The notes under the pieces are model-generated. The model had not been told where the DNA came from. It searched no databases and saw only the letters and a list, made by a program, of their open reading frames with translations. From Acidimicrobiales bacterium (GTDB lineage Bacteria > Actinomycetota > Acidimicrobiia > Acidimicrobiales > Aldehydirespiratoraceae), in the NCBI GenBank assembly GCA_047516945.1, contig JAKZTU010000162.1, forward strand, positions 455 to 64,454: 64,000 nt of DNA, given 5' to 3'. Below, piece by piece: positions 27,199 to 37,196 of the stretch (position 1 is the first letter of the stretch; each line of letters opens with the position of its first letter). The position numbers and the translations under genes are program-made.

Positions 27199-27240
27199 TA
27201 TGGTGGGCATAGGAGTATAGTGGAGCGATATGGTGGATAA
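27199..27240 (+). promoter_or_regulatory. three direct (T)AT-G/A-GTGG repeats, candidate MraZ operator/dcw promoter region
   Basis: tatGGTGGg (27199), tatAGTGGa (27216) and tatGGTGGa (27229) lie 45-80 nt upstream of the mraZ ATG, in an AT-rich stretch with TTGCAA (27190) and TATAGT (27216). Confidence 0.35.
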
Positions 27241-27280
27241 GGGAGCCATATCAATCTACGAGTAGGACAGGGGGTGTGAA

Positions 27281-27736
27281 ATGGCCAAGTTCATGGGAAC
27301 TTACGAGCACACGCTCGATGACAAGGGCCGACTCATCCTTCCTGCGACTTTTCGGTCGAAGTTGGCCCAAGGCGCGGTCACGGTTCCGCTTGATCGTTGC
27401 CTGGCGATCCTCCCGCCGAATGAGTTTGAGCGCATGGCGACCCACCTCAAGACACGGGTGTCGGAAGGACGAGCGGACATGGACCACCTGCGCGCCTTTG
27501 CGAGCCTCGCCGACGAAGTCATCCCCGACTCCCAGGGCCGAATGCGTCTGGCTCCTCATCTAAGGGATTTAGCAGGCCTTGACCGCAATGTTGTTGTGGC
27601 GGGAGTGCTCGAACGAATCGAAGTATGGGATCCGGCTCGTTGGTCGTCTGTCTTCCCCTCCGGCGCCGCCAAGTTCGTTTCATCCATTGTCCGTGAATAC
27701 GGGCTTGGACCTCCTGATTCAGAGTCAATCACTTGA
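27281..27736 (+). CDS. mraZ: transcriptional regulator MraZ
   Basis: MAKFMGTYEHTLDDKGRLILPATFR plus a second half-domain DSQGRMRLAPHLR. Confidence 0.95.
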   Translation: MAKFMGTYEHTLDDKGRLILPATFRSKLAQGAVTVPLDRCLAILPPNEFERMATHLKTRVSEGRADMDHLRAFASLADEVIPDSQGRMRLAPHLRDLAGLDRNVVVAGVLERIEVWDPARWSSVFPSGAAKFVSSIVREYGLGPPDSESIT

Positions 27737-27774
27737 GTACCGAAGACCGTACATGACCTTATGGAACACGATTC

Positions 27775-28731
27775 ATGGCCGACCTTGATCCCAGCAGCGA
27801 ATTTGTTCATCAGCCGGTGATGCTCGATGAAGTGGTGATGGTGTTGTCCGACGTGCCCGATGGTGTTGTGGTTGACGCAACTCTCGGTGGCGGCGGACAT
27901 GCCGATGCATTGCTGAACGCTAACGAGGGACTCTCGGTGATCGGACTGGACCGTGATCAGGTGGCACTGAATGCGGCATGCACCCGTCTCGCGCCCCATG
28001 GCGATCGAGTCATTGGACTTCACCGTCGCTTTGATGAGATCGCCGAAGTGATACGAGAACTTGGTCACCACAAAGTCTCGGGATGTTTTTTTGATTTAGG
28101 TGTCAGTTCACCTCAACTCGATATTCCACAGCGGGGTTTCAGCTATCGGCAAAGCGGTCCGCTCGACATGCGGATGGATCGCAGTGGGGGAATCACGGGT
28201 GCTGATGTGGTCAACAGCTACGACCAGGGTGCGTTGACTTCGCTTCTGTGGCGCCATGGGGACGAGCCCAACGCTCGCCGAATCGCGCGGGCAATCGTGG
28301 CAGCCCGGCCAATCACGACGACCGTCGAATTAGCCGAGGTCATCCGCGACGCCGTGCCAGCGGCGGTCCGCCGCCGCAAAGGCCACCCGGCTCGCCGAGC
28401 CTTTCAAGCCATTCGCATTGAAGTCAACCAGGAACTCGAAATCCTTGACGACGCTCTTACGCAAGCGATCTCGCTACTAGCTCCGCGAGGTCGATGTGCG
28501 GTTTTGGCCTACCACTCGGGAGAGGACCGAATCGTAAAGCGGCGTTTCAGAGATGCGGCAGGTGAATCAACTCCACCTCGCCGGGGTCTTCCGCCGAGTC
28601 CGGGGGAAGAAGCAACCGTTCAGTTGCTCTGGCGCGGTGTTCGCAAACCCGGCAACGATGAAGTTACGAGCAATCGGAGATCCGAAGCTGCACGATTGCG
28701 CGCAGTTGAGAAACTGGAAATGGCGCGCTGA
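27775..28731 (+). CDS. rsmH: 16S rRNA (cytosine1402-N4)-methyltransferase
   Basis: Motifs HQPVMLDEV, VDATLGGGGHA and FFDLGVSSPQLD. Confidence 0.95.
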   Translation: MADLDPSSEFVHQPVMLDEVVMVLSDVPDGVVVDATLGGGGHADALLNANEGLSVIGLDRDQVALNAACTRLAPHGDRVIGLHRRFDEIAEVIRELGHHKVSGCFFDLGVSSPQLDIPQRGFSYRQSGPLDMRMDRSGGITGADVVNSYDQGALTSLLWRHGDEPNARRIARAIVAARPITTTVELAEVIRDAVPAAVRRRKGHPARRAFQAIRIEVNQELEILDDALTQAISLLAPRGRCAVLAYHSGEDRIVKRRFRDAAGESTPPRRGLPPSPGEEATVQLLWRGVRKPGNDEVTSNRRSEAARLRAVEKLEMAR

Positions 28732-29180
28732 TGGTTTCCAGCGTCTCTCCCCGAACCTCGCAACCGGCTCGAACGGCGCCACGGTCGTCACCTAAGCCGG
28801 CGTCTCGGCCCCCTCTGCGCGTGGCAGAGGCAGAACCGACCACTCGGACGAAAGAACGGATCTGGCCAGCGTTGACGATCGTTACCCTCCTGGCGGTTGC
28901 TATCGCGTTTCTGGTCGCGGGCCTGTTTGCGAGCGACATCCAAACGCAGGCTGAGATCGACGGCATGAAACGTGAGATCGAGGAACTTCGAGAAACGCGA
29001 ATCAACGTTTTGGCCAAACGTGCATATTACGACTCACCCGAAGGCTTAGCTGAAACAGCCACGAGGGCTGGACTCGTTCCGGCCCCCGAAGTGGCACTCT
29101 TGGTGCCCCTGGCACCTGGGCTTCTGCCTCCTCCCAACGAGATCGACCCTTATACTCCGCCTATCGCGGCGGACCGATGA
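28731..29180 (+). CDS. ftsL: FtsL-like septal protein
   Basis: Pro/Ser/Arg-rich N-terminus, a single TM helix, then a coiled coil (QAEIDGMKREIEELRETR). Sits between rsmH and ftsI. Confidence 0.6.
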   Translation: MVSSVSPRTSQPARTAPRSSPKPASRPPLRVAEAEPTTRTKERIWPALTIVTLLAVAIAFLVAGLFASDIQTQAEIDGMKREIEELRETRINVLAKRAYYDSPEGLAETATRAGLVPAPEVALLVPLAPGLLPPPNEIDPYTPPIAADR

Positions 29181-31063
29181 GCAGGTTGTCGAGTGTGCCC
29201 GGTTCCGGCAGCCGTGGCGATGCAGCTTCGGGCCGCGTCGATGTCAACCCGTGGAGGGCCGGCATGATATTTACGGTGCTGGTTCTCGTCTCGGCTGGGT
29301 TTGTCTGGAAACTGGTGGATCTGCAGTTGAGTCCCGACGATGACTTGCTCAACAACCTCGGCAGTTATTTGCGTGAAGAAAATATTGATGCATCTCGCGG
29401 CAATATCGTGGATCGCCACGGGCGTCTGCTCGCCTTCTCGGTGCCGCGACCATCCATCGTTGGCGATCCTCGCGGCATTGCACACTCCGATAGCCCCCTC
29501 AACGTTGATGACATTGTTGCGGCGTTGGCCACTGTGCTAGGGACCGATCCAGAAGTGATGGACACGCGGCTTCGTAGCGACAAGAGCTTCGTCTACCTTG
29601 AACGCCAGGTTGAACCCGAGGTCGGGGAAGCTGTCGCGGCACTTGGCCTCCCGGGGATATGGATCATGCCTGAGCAGTATCGCGAGCATCCCAACGGTCC
29701 TTGTTCGGCGTTGTCGGTAGTCGGTCGGGTTGACACCGAACAAGTGGGAATATCGGGCTTGGAAAAGCAATATGACAAACAACTGGAAGGCAGCCCAGGT
29801 AGCGCCCTTCGGCAGACGCAGTTGGGCGGAGCAGTGCAGATCCCCGATGGCTACCACGTAGTCGAGCCCCATACACCTGGCGAGGATCTGAGACTGAGCA
29901 TCGATCGCAACATCCAGTATGAAGCAGAGCAACTTCTGGCGCGAGCACTCAACGAAACGGAGGGCACCACGGCCATAGCGATTGTTTCGAACCCCCGAAC
30001 AGGCGAGATATATGCCATGGCAAGCGCCTTGCGCAACGAAGAGACAGGCGAGGTCGTATGCAGCAATGCCAACTTAGGAGCGGTATGGGCTTACGAACCG
30101 GGATCAACCATGAAAGGGATCACATTCGCGGGGGTGTTCGACAATGGCGCATGGGAAGTCGACAAAATAGTCGAGGTCCCCGCGAGGGTGAATGTGGCGC
30201 GCGAGAGTGACGTGGACAACCATGTCTACTACGACTATCGGCTGGCGTACGGTACGACTGTTGAGAACCTTCCCGCAACTATCCTCGGGGACTCTTCGAA
30301 CACCGGAACGGTGTTGCTGGCTCAGGCTCTGGGAGCGGACGCCCTCCAGCAAACGTTTGAGAACTTCGGATTCGGGCAGTTGACCGGGTTGGCATTTCCC
30401 GGCGAGAGCCGAGGCATTCTCGACGATCTCGACTCGCACAGTCTCTTGTTGTCGAACACCGCAATCGGACAGAGTATTGCAGTCACGCCGCTGCAACTGA
30501 TTCAGGCTTACAACACCTTGGCCAACGGCGGGATCCGCATTGACCCGAAGCTTGTGCTCAACCGTGAGCTTGACGATGATGCTGCAAGCCCGACGCACAC
30601 CGAGGCGAGGGTCGTATCACAACAGAGCGCACAAGCGGTGATGGAAATGTTGCGTGGTGTGGTCAGTTCCGGGACCGGCCGGCGCGCGGCTCTGCCCGGA
30701 TTTCTTGTGGCGGGTAAGACCGGGACTGCATGGCAACCGTGTGGCGACGTGTCCGGATATCTCTGCAGTGACGAGGGAGAAGAAGAAGAACGGCATTACA
30801 CAGCTAGTTTCGTCGGTATTGTCGAAAACGACCGAGGCCCAGTGTTGAGCGCCATTGTCGTGATCGACGATCCGCAAGGCGACAGCTACACCGGCGGTGC
30901 CGTTGCCGCCCCGATCTTTGCTGAACTCGCAGGCTATTCCGTGCGTCAACTACATCTCGCACCTTTCGGCGACGGCACCGTTGTCGAGCAGCGGATTCGC
31001 TCAGAGCCAGCTGTCGCGCAGTTGACGATCGAGTCGCAGGCGACCCCGGAGTCGGTCCAATGA
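29177..31063 (+). CDS. ftsI: class B penicillin-binding protein (FtsI/PBP3-like transpeptidase)
   Basis: SxxK (GSTMKG), SxN (SSNTG) and KTG (GKTGTA) motifs. N-terminal TM helix. Confidence 0.9.
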   Translation: MSRLSSVPGSGSRGDAASGRVDVNPWRAGMIFTVLVLVSAGFVWKLVDLQLSPDDDLLNNLGSYLREENIDASRGNIVDRHGRLLAFSVPRPSIVGDPRGIAHSDSPLNVDDIVAALATVLGTDPEVMDTRLRSDKSFVYLERQVEPEVGEAVAALGLPGIWIMPEQYREHPNGPCSALSVVGRVDTEQVGISGLEKQYDKQLEGSPGSALRQTQLGGAVQIPDGYHVVEPHTPGEDLRLSIDRNIQYEAEQLLARALNETEGTTAIAIVSNPRTGEIYAMASALRNEETGEVVCSNANLGAVWAYEPGSTMKGITFAGVFDNGAWEVDKIVEVPARVNVARESDVDNHVYYDYRLAYGTTVENLPATILGDSSNTGTVLLAQALGADALQQTFENFGFGQLTGLAFPGESRGILDDLDSHSLLLSNTAIGQSIAVTPLQLIQAYNTLANGGIRIDPKLVLNRELDDDAASPTHTEARVVSQQSAQAVMEMLRGVVSSGTGRRAALPGFLVAGKTGTAWQPCGDVSGYLCSDEGEEEERHYTASFVGIVENDRGPVLSAIVVIDDPQGDSYTGGAVAAPIFAELAGYSVRQLHLAPFGDGTVVEQRIRSEPAVAQLTIESQATPESVQ

Positions 31064-32466
31064 GCCTGGAACTGGATCGGTTGGCTGGGGTTGTGGGCAT
31101 TGAACCGCGGCCGCAATGGTCTGACATTGAAGTCAGCGATGTCAGCCATGACTCGCGAGCTGTTGATCCGGGTGCACTATTTGCTGCGATTCGTGGCGTC
31201 TCAAGCGACGGACACAACTATGCCGCGGACGCAGTAGAAGCCGGCGCGGTAGCGCTGTTGGTGGAACGTCGGTTGGGGCTTGGTATCCCGGAACTGTTGG
31301 TCTCCTCTGTTCGCGAGTCGCTCGGCCCCCTTGCTTCGGCCGTGCATGGCGACCCAAGCAAAGCGCTGGAACTCATTGGCATTACAGGTACGAACGGCAA
31401 GACAACCACCGTTCGCATTCTCTGTTGGCTGTTGGAGACGTTGGGGGTGTCGGTTGGCGAGATTGGCACGCTGACCGGCGAACGGACCACGCCCGAAGCC
31501 CCAGAACTACAACGCGCTTTGGCAGCTGCTGTGCGCGGACAAGAGACCGTGGTGGCAATGGAGGTCTCCTCTCATGGGTTGGATCAGCATCGAGTTGACG
31601 GCTGCCGTTTCGCGGTGGCGGCGTTCACCAACCTTGGTAACGACCATCTTGACTACCACGGCACGATGGAGGAGTACTTTGCTGCCAAGCGCAGGTTGTT
31701 TAGCGCGGAGTTGAGCGAGTTGGCCATCGTGAATGTGGATAGCGAGTTCGGATCACGTTTGGCCGATGAGATCGAGATTCCGGTCGTGCGAGTTGGCGAC
31801 CAACTCGTCGACTCCGTGCAGTTCGATCGATATAGGAACAAATTCCGGTGGCGTAAGCAAGCGGTTCATCTCCCCTTGGCCGGGGCATTCAACGTTGCCA
31901 ATGCGGTGATGGCCGCTGAGATCGCCGTGGCGCTTGGCCATCGGCCGGGCGATGTTGCCGAAGCGCTGGTGACGACACCTTCAGTACCAGGGCGCTTTGA
32001 GGTGATTGACCAAGGTCAGCCATTCGCTGTGATCGTCGACTATGCACACACTCACGATGCTCTTGAGGCTGTCTTAGCAGCGGCACGAGCCGTGACAAAA
32101 AACTCACTTATCGTTGTATTCGGCGCTGGTGGCAACCGAGACCATGACAAGCGCCCGCTGATGGGCCGAGTCGCTCGGGGCCTCGCCGACTGCGTTGTGG
32201 TAACGAGCGACAATCCCCGGGACGAACCCCCTGAAGAGATCATTTCTGCCATCGTTTCTGGTATGGCGATTCCTCCAGATCTTGTTGAAATCGACCGTCG
32301 CCGAGCTATTGGCGCAGCCTTTGACATGGCTCGTGAAGGCGACCTGGTTCTTCTTGCTGGAAAGGGCCATGAAGCGACACAGACGATTGGATCTCGGGTG
32401 GTCTCCTTTGATGATCGACTGGTAGCGCGCGAAGAGTTGAAGCTACGAACAGGTGTGGCATCGTGA
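31060..32466 (+). CDS. murE: UDP-MurNAc-L-Ala-D-Glu:meso-DAP ligase
   Basis: Motifs GITGTNGKTTT, MEVSSHGL, the DNPR DAP-recognition motif (VVTSDNPRDE) and AGKGHE. Confidence 0.9.
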   Translation: MSLELDRLAGVVGIEPRPQWSDIEVSDVSHDSRAVDPGALFAAIRGVSSDGHNYAADAVEAGAVALLVERRLGLGIPELLVSSVRESLGPLASAVHGDPSKALELIGITGTNGKTTTVRILCWLLETLGVSVGEIGTLTGERTTPEAPELQRALAAAVRGQETVVAMEVSSHGLDQHRVDGCRFAVAAFTNLGNDHLDYHGTMEEYFAAKRRLFSAELSELAIVNVDSEFGSRLADEIEIPVVRVGDQLVDSVQFDRYRNKFRWRKQAVHLPLAGAFNVANAVMAAEIAVALGHRPGDVAEALVTTPSVPGRFEVIDQGQPFAVIVDYAHTHDALEAVLAAARAVTKNSLIVVFGAGGNRDHDKRPLMGRVARGLADCVVVTSDNPRDEPPEEIISAIVSGMAIPPDLVEIDRRRAIGAAFDMAREGDLVLLAGKGHEATQTIGSRVVSFDDRLVAREELKLRTGVAS

Positions 32467-33497
32467 ACCGCCTACTTATCGCTGCTGCCGTTTCGATGAT
32501 GGTTTCGCTGTTTGGCACCAAGTTGTTGCTCAAATGGTTGACCGAGCACAGAATCGGTCAACCGATTCGTAGTGATGGGCCAGAGGGACACCACACCAAA
32601 GCGGGCACTCCAACGATGGGTGGAGTCGCCATCGTGTCGGGCACGGTGCTGGGCTACGTCATTTCAGATTTTTTTGGAGGTATCTACACTCTTCGCGGCA
32701 TTTTCGTGTTGATGTGCATCGTCGGTGGTGGTGCCGTCGGCTTGCTTGATGACTGGATCAAAGTTGTGGCCGTTCGCAATCGCGGACTGAACAAGCGAGC
32801 AAAGATTATTGGCTTGTTGGTTGTAGCGGTCGGTTTCGCGTTCTTGATGACCGAGTTCACCAGCGTTCACACGACCCTCTCTTTTACTCGTTTCGACAAT
32901 CCCGGATGGGAACTCGGGCGTATTGGCTGGATGCTTTGGGCCGTACTGTTGATCGTCGCGACTACCAATAGCGTCAACCTCACTGATGGGCTCGATGGCT
33001 TGGCGGCTGGTGCTGGAGTGATTTGCTTCGCAGCTTTTACCTTGATCGGCTTTTGGCAGTTCCGCCATCTTGAGAACTACAGCAACCCCGCTGCGTTAGA
33101 CCTAGCAGTCATATCCGCGGCAATGGTCGGTGGCATTGTTGGCTTTCTGTGGTGGAACGCGGCACCCGCGCAGATCTTCATGGGTGATACGGGTGCTCTG
33201 GCTATTGGCAGTGGTCTTGCGGCCCTGTCCTTGTCCACGAGCACTCATCTGCTGCTGCCCATCATTGGCGGCCTCTTTGTTGTCGAGACGGTTTCGGTGA
33301 TTCTGCAGATCATTGTGTTTCACCGTTTTGGCGGGCGGCGCTTGTTTCGGATGGCACCTATCCACCATCACTTTGAACTAGCGGGCTGGCCTGAGACGAC
33401 CGTAATCGTGCGGCTCTGGATCATGTCTGGACTGTGTACCGCTATTGGCCTGGGGATTTTCTACCGCGACGCTATTGCTGCGGGGTTTACAGCATGA
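32463..33497 (+). CDS. mraY: phospho-N-acetylmuramoyl-pentapeptide transferase
   Basis: Motifs HHTKAGTPTMGG, NSVNLTDGLDGLA, MGDTGALAIG and APIHHHFE. Confidence 0.95.
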   Translation: MNRLLIAAAVSMMVSLFGTKLLLKWLTEHRIGQPIRSDGPEGHHTKAGTPTMGGVAIVSGTVLGYVISDFFGGIYTLRGIFVLMCIVGGGAVGLLDDWIKVVAVRNRGLNKRAKIIGLLVVAVGFAFLMTEFTSVHTTLSFTRFDNPGWELGRIGWMLWAVLLIVATTNSVNLTDGLDGLAAGAGVICFAAFTLIGFWQFRHLENYSNPAALDLAVISAAMVGGIVGFLWWNAAPAQIFMGDTGALAIGSGLAALSLSTSTHLLLPIIGGLFVVETVSVILQIIVFHRFGGRRLFRMAPIHHHFELAGWPETTVIVRLWIMSGLCTAIGLGIFYRDAIAAGFTA

Positions 33498-34834
33498 CCT
33501 CAGCGAACGAAACGACCAGACCGGATCTTGCTGTTCCTCAAAGCGCACTTCTTGGGGGTTTCGGTCTCACCAATCGTGCTGTGGCCAGGGCGCTTGTCGA
33601 GCGTGGCCATACGGTCGTGGCCTTCGACGACAAACCGAATGAGATCATCCGTGGACTCGCCGACGATCTCGGAATTGAACTTCTTGAGCCAGCATCGAAG
33701 CTGGATCAGTGTTTGGATCAGGTTGACTTTGTTGTCCCGACCCCAGGCCTTGCTGAAAACCACGTGCTGTTTACGAGCGCGGAACAGCGAGGATTGCCGC
33801 TGGTTTCGGAGCTGGACCTCGCCGCGCAGTGGGATGATCGCCCGGTTGTGGCGATTACCGGTACCAACGGCAAGACCACCGTTGTTGAGTTGTGTACCGA
33901 TGCTTTGAAGCGGTCGGGGGTGAAAGCAGTTGCGGCCGGAAACACCGATGTCCCTTTGGTTGAAGCCGTACGCGACCATTCGACTGAAGTGTTCGTGGTG
34001 GAAGCGAGTTCGTTTCGGCTAGCGCAGATCCGTGAGTTCACACCTCAAGTTGCCACCTGGCTTAATTTCGCGCCTGACCATCTTGACGTGCATCTCAACT
34101 TGGCCTCCTATGAACAAGCAAAGTCCCAAATCTGGCGGAATCTGGCGGTGGACGGCGTTTGCGTGGCGAATGCTCTCGATCCGGTGGTTATGCGCCATGT
34201 GAGGTCGGACCTACCTACCGTTCTCTTCGGAGGATGCCAAGCAGAATGGCGAGTCACCCGAGGTGAATTGATCGGCCCACAAGGGCCCTTTGCTGATGTG
34301 GCAGGTTTGTGGCGTGGTCTGCCCCACGATATTGAAGCAGCCTTGGCGGTAGCCGCTTCGGTCACGCCGGTTGGTGCGACCCTGGACGCGGTGGCGCAGG
34401 CCTGTCATGAATTCGGTGGGCTGCCGCACAGGATTGCGCCTGTCGGCGAGATCGACGGGTCCATTTACTACGACGACTCCAAAGCAACCACTCCGCATGC
34501 GACTTTGGCAGCCTTGCGCAGCTTCGGACCGGTTGTCTTGATTGCAGGTGGACAAAACAAAGGGGTTGACCTTGCCGAGATGGCGGCAGGGGCGAGTGAA
34601 ATTGTAGCGGTAGTGGCGATCGGTGATGCCTCAGACGAGATCGCTGACGCGTTCTCCAGAACACATCTTGTTGAGATCGCATCGGACATGGACGATGCGG
34701 TAACACGGGCACGTCGTTTAGCCACCGGTGGAGTTCCCGTGCTTCTCAGCCCCGGCTGCGCTTCGTTTGATTGGTACGAGAGCTACCGCAAACGTGGCGA
34801 AGATTTCATCAGAGCGGTAGGGGCGCAACGATGA
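33494..34834 (+). CDS. murD: UDP-MurNAc-L-Ala:D-Glu ligase
   Basis: Start moved to ATG 33494 (ATGA overlap with mraY). Motifs ITGTNGKTT and LLSPGCASFDWY. Confidence 0.9.
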   Translation: MTSANETTRPDLAVPQSALLGGFGLTNRAVARALVERGHTVVAFDDKPNEIIRGLADDLGIELLEPASKLDQCLDQVDFVVPTPGLAENHVLFTSAEQRGLPLVSELDLAAQWDDRPVVAITGTNGKTTVVELCTDALKRSGVKAVAAGNTDVPLVEAVRDHSTEVFVVEASSFRLAQIREFTPQVATWLNFAPDHLDVHLNLASYEQAKSQIWRNLAVDGVCVANALDPVVMRHVRSDLPTVLFGGCQAEWRVTRGELIGPQGPFADVAGLWRGLPHDIEAALAVAASVTPVGATLDAVAQACHEFGGLPHRIAPVGEIDGSIYYDDSKATTPHATLAALRSFGPVVLIAGGQNKGVDLAEMAAGASEIVAVVAIGDASDEIADAFSRTHLVEIASDMDDAVTRARRLATGGVPVLLSPGCASFDWYESYRKRGEDFIRAVGAQR

Positions 34835-36006
34835 AGACTGTTGATATTGCCAAGAGGCAAGTTCGCCCGGTTCACTCAAAGACCACTCGCAAGCGAACAC
34901 CGAATGCACCCGTGGGGCGACGCACCATACTGTTCGTGTCGCTGTTGGTGATGGTCAGCGCGCTGGTCGTGCTGGGACTGGTGATGGTCTTGTCGGCTTC
35001 GGCCGTTGTCAGCATTGAAGACAGCGGAAGCGCTTGGAGCAAATTCAGCCGGCAAGCCGCTGCTGCTGGAGTCGGCCTGGTCTTGATGTTCGTGATGATC
35101 CGAATTGATTACCACCATTGGCGTATCTTCACTTATCCCGCAGTTGTGAGTTCGTTGTGTCTGCTTTCTCTGTTGTTGGTCCCGGGTCTTGGGGTCAGCC
35201 AGAACAATGCGACTCGCTGGCTTGATCTGGGTGTTGTCGCGTTTCAGCCGTCTGAGGTTGCGAAACTTGGTTTGATCTTTTTCATAGCTGATATCTTGGC
35301 GCGCCCCCGTCGAGATATCCGCAACGCGCGCAGCACTCTTGTCCCAGTGCTGCTGTGTACGGGCCTGTTTTCAGTGTTTTTTATGTTGCAGCCTCATTTT
35401 GGCAACACCTTGATCCTCGGGGTGATAGCGCTAGCGATGCTGTTTTGGGCGGGTACACCGATACGCCAACTGTCAGCTACGGGCATGGTCGGAGTTGTTT
35501 TAACAGGAGCGGTCGTCTGGAATACAGCGTGGCGTCGCGAACGTTTGTTGAGCGTTTTTGATCCCTGGAGCGACCCCGATGGGGCTAGTTTTCAGCTTCT
35601 CCAATCACTGCACGCTATTACAGTTGGCGGAATCCGCGGGACAGGTCTGGGAGATGGGCTGGCAAAATGGGGTTTCGTTCCCTATGCCCATAGCGACTTC
35701 ATCTTCGCCGTAATTGCAGAAGAACTGGGAATTGTCGGGGCCAGCACCGTGATCTTGCTCTATCTCGGAATCGGAGTTGGAGGGTCCGCTGTAGCTCTAA
35801 GAGCACCCGACAGATTCGGGATGCTGCTTGCAGTCGGTATCACTACATGGATCTTTTCTCAAGCGTGTCTCAACTTGGGTTCAGTGATGGGGCTAGTTCC
35901 GACTGTCGGCGTTACGCTCCCACTACTATCGCACGGTGGAACTTCGTTGGTAGTCGTCATGGCGACTACGGGGATCTTGCTCAACGTCGCTCGCCAAGGC
36001 CGATGA
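34831..36006 (+). CDS. ftsW: SEDS peptidoglycan glycosyltransferase FtsW
   Basis: Start moved to ATG 34831 (ATGA overlap). Motifs FQPSEVAKL, HSDFIFAVIAEELG and LPLLSHGGTS. Confidence 0.9.
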   Translation: MKTVDIAKRQVRPVHSKTTRKRTPNAPVGRRTILFVSLLVMVSALVVLGLVMVLSASAVVSIEDSGSAWSKFSRQAAAAGVGLVLMFVMIRIDYHHWRIFTYPAVVSSLCLLSLLLVPGLGVSQNNATRWLDLGVVAFQPSEVAKLGLIFFIADILARPRRDIRNARSTLVPVLLCTGLFSVFFMLQPHFGNTLILGVIALAMLFWAGTPIRQLSATGMVGVVLTGAVVWNTAWRRERLLSVFDPWSDPDGASFQLLQSLHAITVGGIRGTGLGDGLAKWGFVPYAHSDFIFAVIAEELGIVGASTVILLYLGIGVGGSAVALRAPDRFGMLLAVGITTWIFSQACLNLGSVMGLVPTVGVTLPLLSHGGTSLVVVMATTGILLNVARQGR

Positions 36007-37196
36007 AGAGATCTGGGCGCGTTTGGGCTGTTGTAGCCGGGGGTGGAACGGGCGGCCACGTTGTCCCTGGGCTTGCCATAGCTGAAGAGATCGTGGCGCG
36101 CTGCAACAGTGCAGATGCCGTTCATTACGTGGGCAGTCGCCGCGGACTCGAAACCAGGATGGTGCCCGAAGCAGGGTTCACCTTGACGGCTCTGCCGGGG
36201 CGAGGTATCGCTCGCAAACTCACGCTGCGCAACGTGGGTGCCGTTGTAGGACTTTGCGCGGCCATCGTAGAGGCCATCGTTCGAATGGCTAGCTGGCGTC
36301 CAGCAGTGGTGGTCGGTGTGGGCGGCTTTGCTTCGGTTCCTGCTGTGGTCGCTGCGATTGTCTGGCGGGTGCCGTTAGTGGTAGCCGAACAGAACGCGGT
36401 GCCGAGTGTGGCTAACCGGTTGGGCTCAAGATTCGCGAGGGCTGCCGCGGTTCCGTTCCCGGACGTTGATCTCCCCGGAGCAGTGTGGACTGGTAACCCG
36501 GTGCGCTCGGCGGTTAATAGAGTTGACCGGTCCGCAGGGCGAGACACGGCATGCCAAAGGCTTGATGTTGACCCGGCCCGCAAGCTGCTATGTGTGTTCG
36601 GTGGTTCTCTAGGCGCTCGTAGAATCAATGAAGCGCTTTTCGCAGCGCTTGGGGACTGGCGAGATCGCGGTGATCTGACTATTCGCCACATTACCGGGGA
36701 ACGCGACTACGCCGAACTCAAAGCCAGAGTCACCGCGGACCCCGGACTGGAGACCGGGTTATCAATGACAACCAATGAGACTCTCAAAGCTGACGATGAT
36801 TTGGTCTTGCAACTAGTTGAGTTCGAACACGACATGGCTTCGGTTTATGCGGCGAGTGACCTTGTTGTATGTCGCGCGGGTGCGAGTACCGTCGCGGAAC
36901 TGACCATCGCGGGCGTGCCGGCGATTCTCGTTCCGCTCCCCGGGGCTACGGGCGATCACCAAACGGCGAACGCACGCGTTCTCGCGCAAACCGATGCTGC
37001 GAGGGTGGTGCCCGACAGCGAACTCGATGGTGATCGGCTTCGCTCCGAAGTTGATGCGCTGCTTGGCGACGAGCCACGTCTTGGTTCGATGTCTGCTGCG
37101 GCCAAGGCTCAAGGACGGCCCGATGCAGCCGCCGCCGTTGTCGATCTACTTGAGCGCTACGCCAAGCGTCCTCTCGATAGGCCGAACCGAACATGA
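36003..37196 (+). CDS. murG: lipid I GlcNAc transferase
   Basis: Start moved to ATG 36003 (ATGA overlap). Motifs AGGGTGGHVVPGLAIA, FGGSLGARRIN and CRAGASTVAEL. Confidence 0.9.
   Translation: MKRSGRVWAVVAGGGTGGHVVPGLAIAEEIVARCNSADAVHYVGSRRGLETRMVPEAGFTLTALPGRGIARKLTLRNVGAVVGLCAAIVEAIVRMASWRPAVVVGVGGFASVPAVVAAIVWRVPLVVAEQNAVPSVANRLGSRFARAAAVPFPDVDLPGAVWTGNPVRSAVNRVDRSAGRDTACQRLDVDPARKLLCVFGGSLGARRINEALFAALGDWRDRGDLTIRHITGERDYAELKARVTADPGLETGLSMTTNETLKADDDLVLQLVEFEHDMASVYAASDLVVCRAGASTVAELTIAGVPAILVPLPGATGDHQTANARVLAQTDAARVVPDSELDGDRLRSEVDALLGDEPRLGSMSAAAKAQGRPDAAAAVVDLLERYAKRPLDRPNRT

Noticed and set aside
27229-27240. DnaA box (GGTGGATAA versus TGTGGATAA) upstream of mraZ
   Set aside because: It is a single 8/9 match embedded in the GTGG repeat set. 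The MraZ-box interpretation is more parsimonious, and there is no origin context.
31060-32466. Possibility that murE is a MurE-MurF fusion, which would explain the missing murF
   Set aside because: At 468 aa it is a normal single Mur ligase length, with one GTNGKT P-loop and the MurE-specific DNPR motif.
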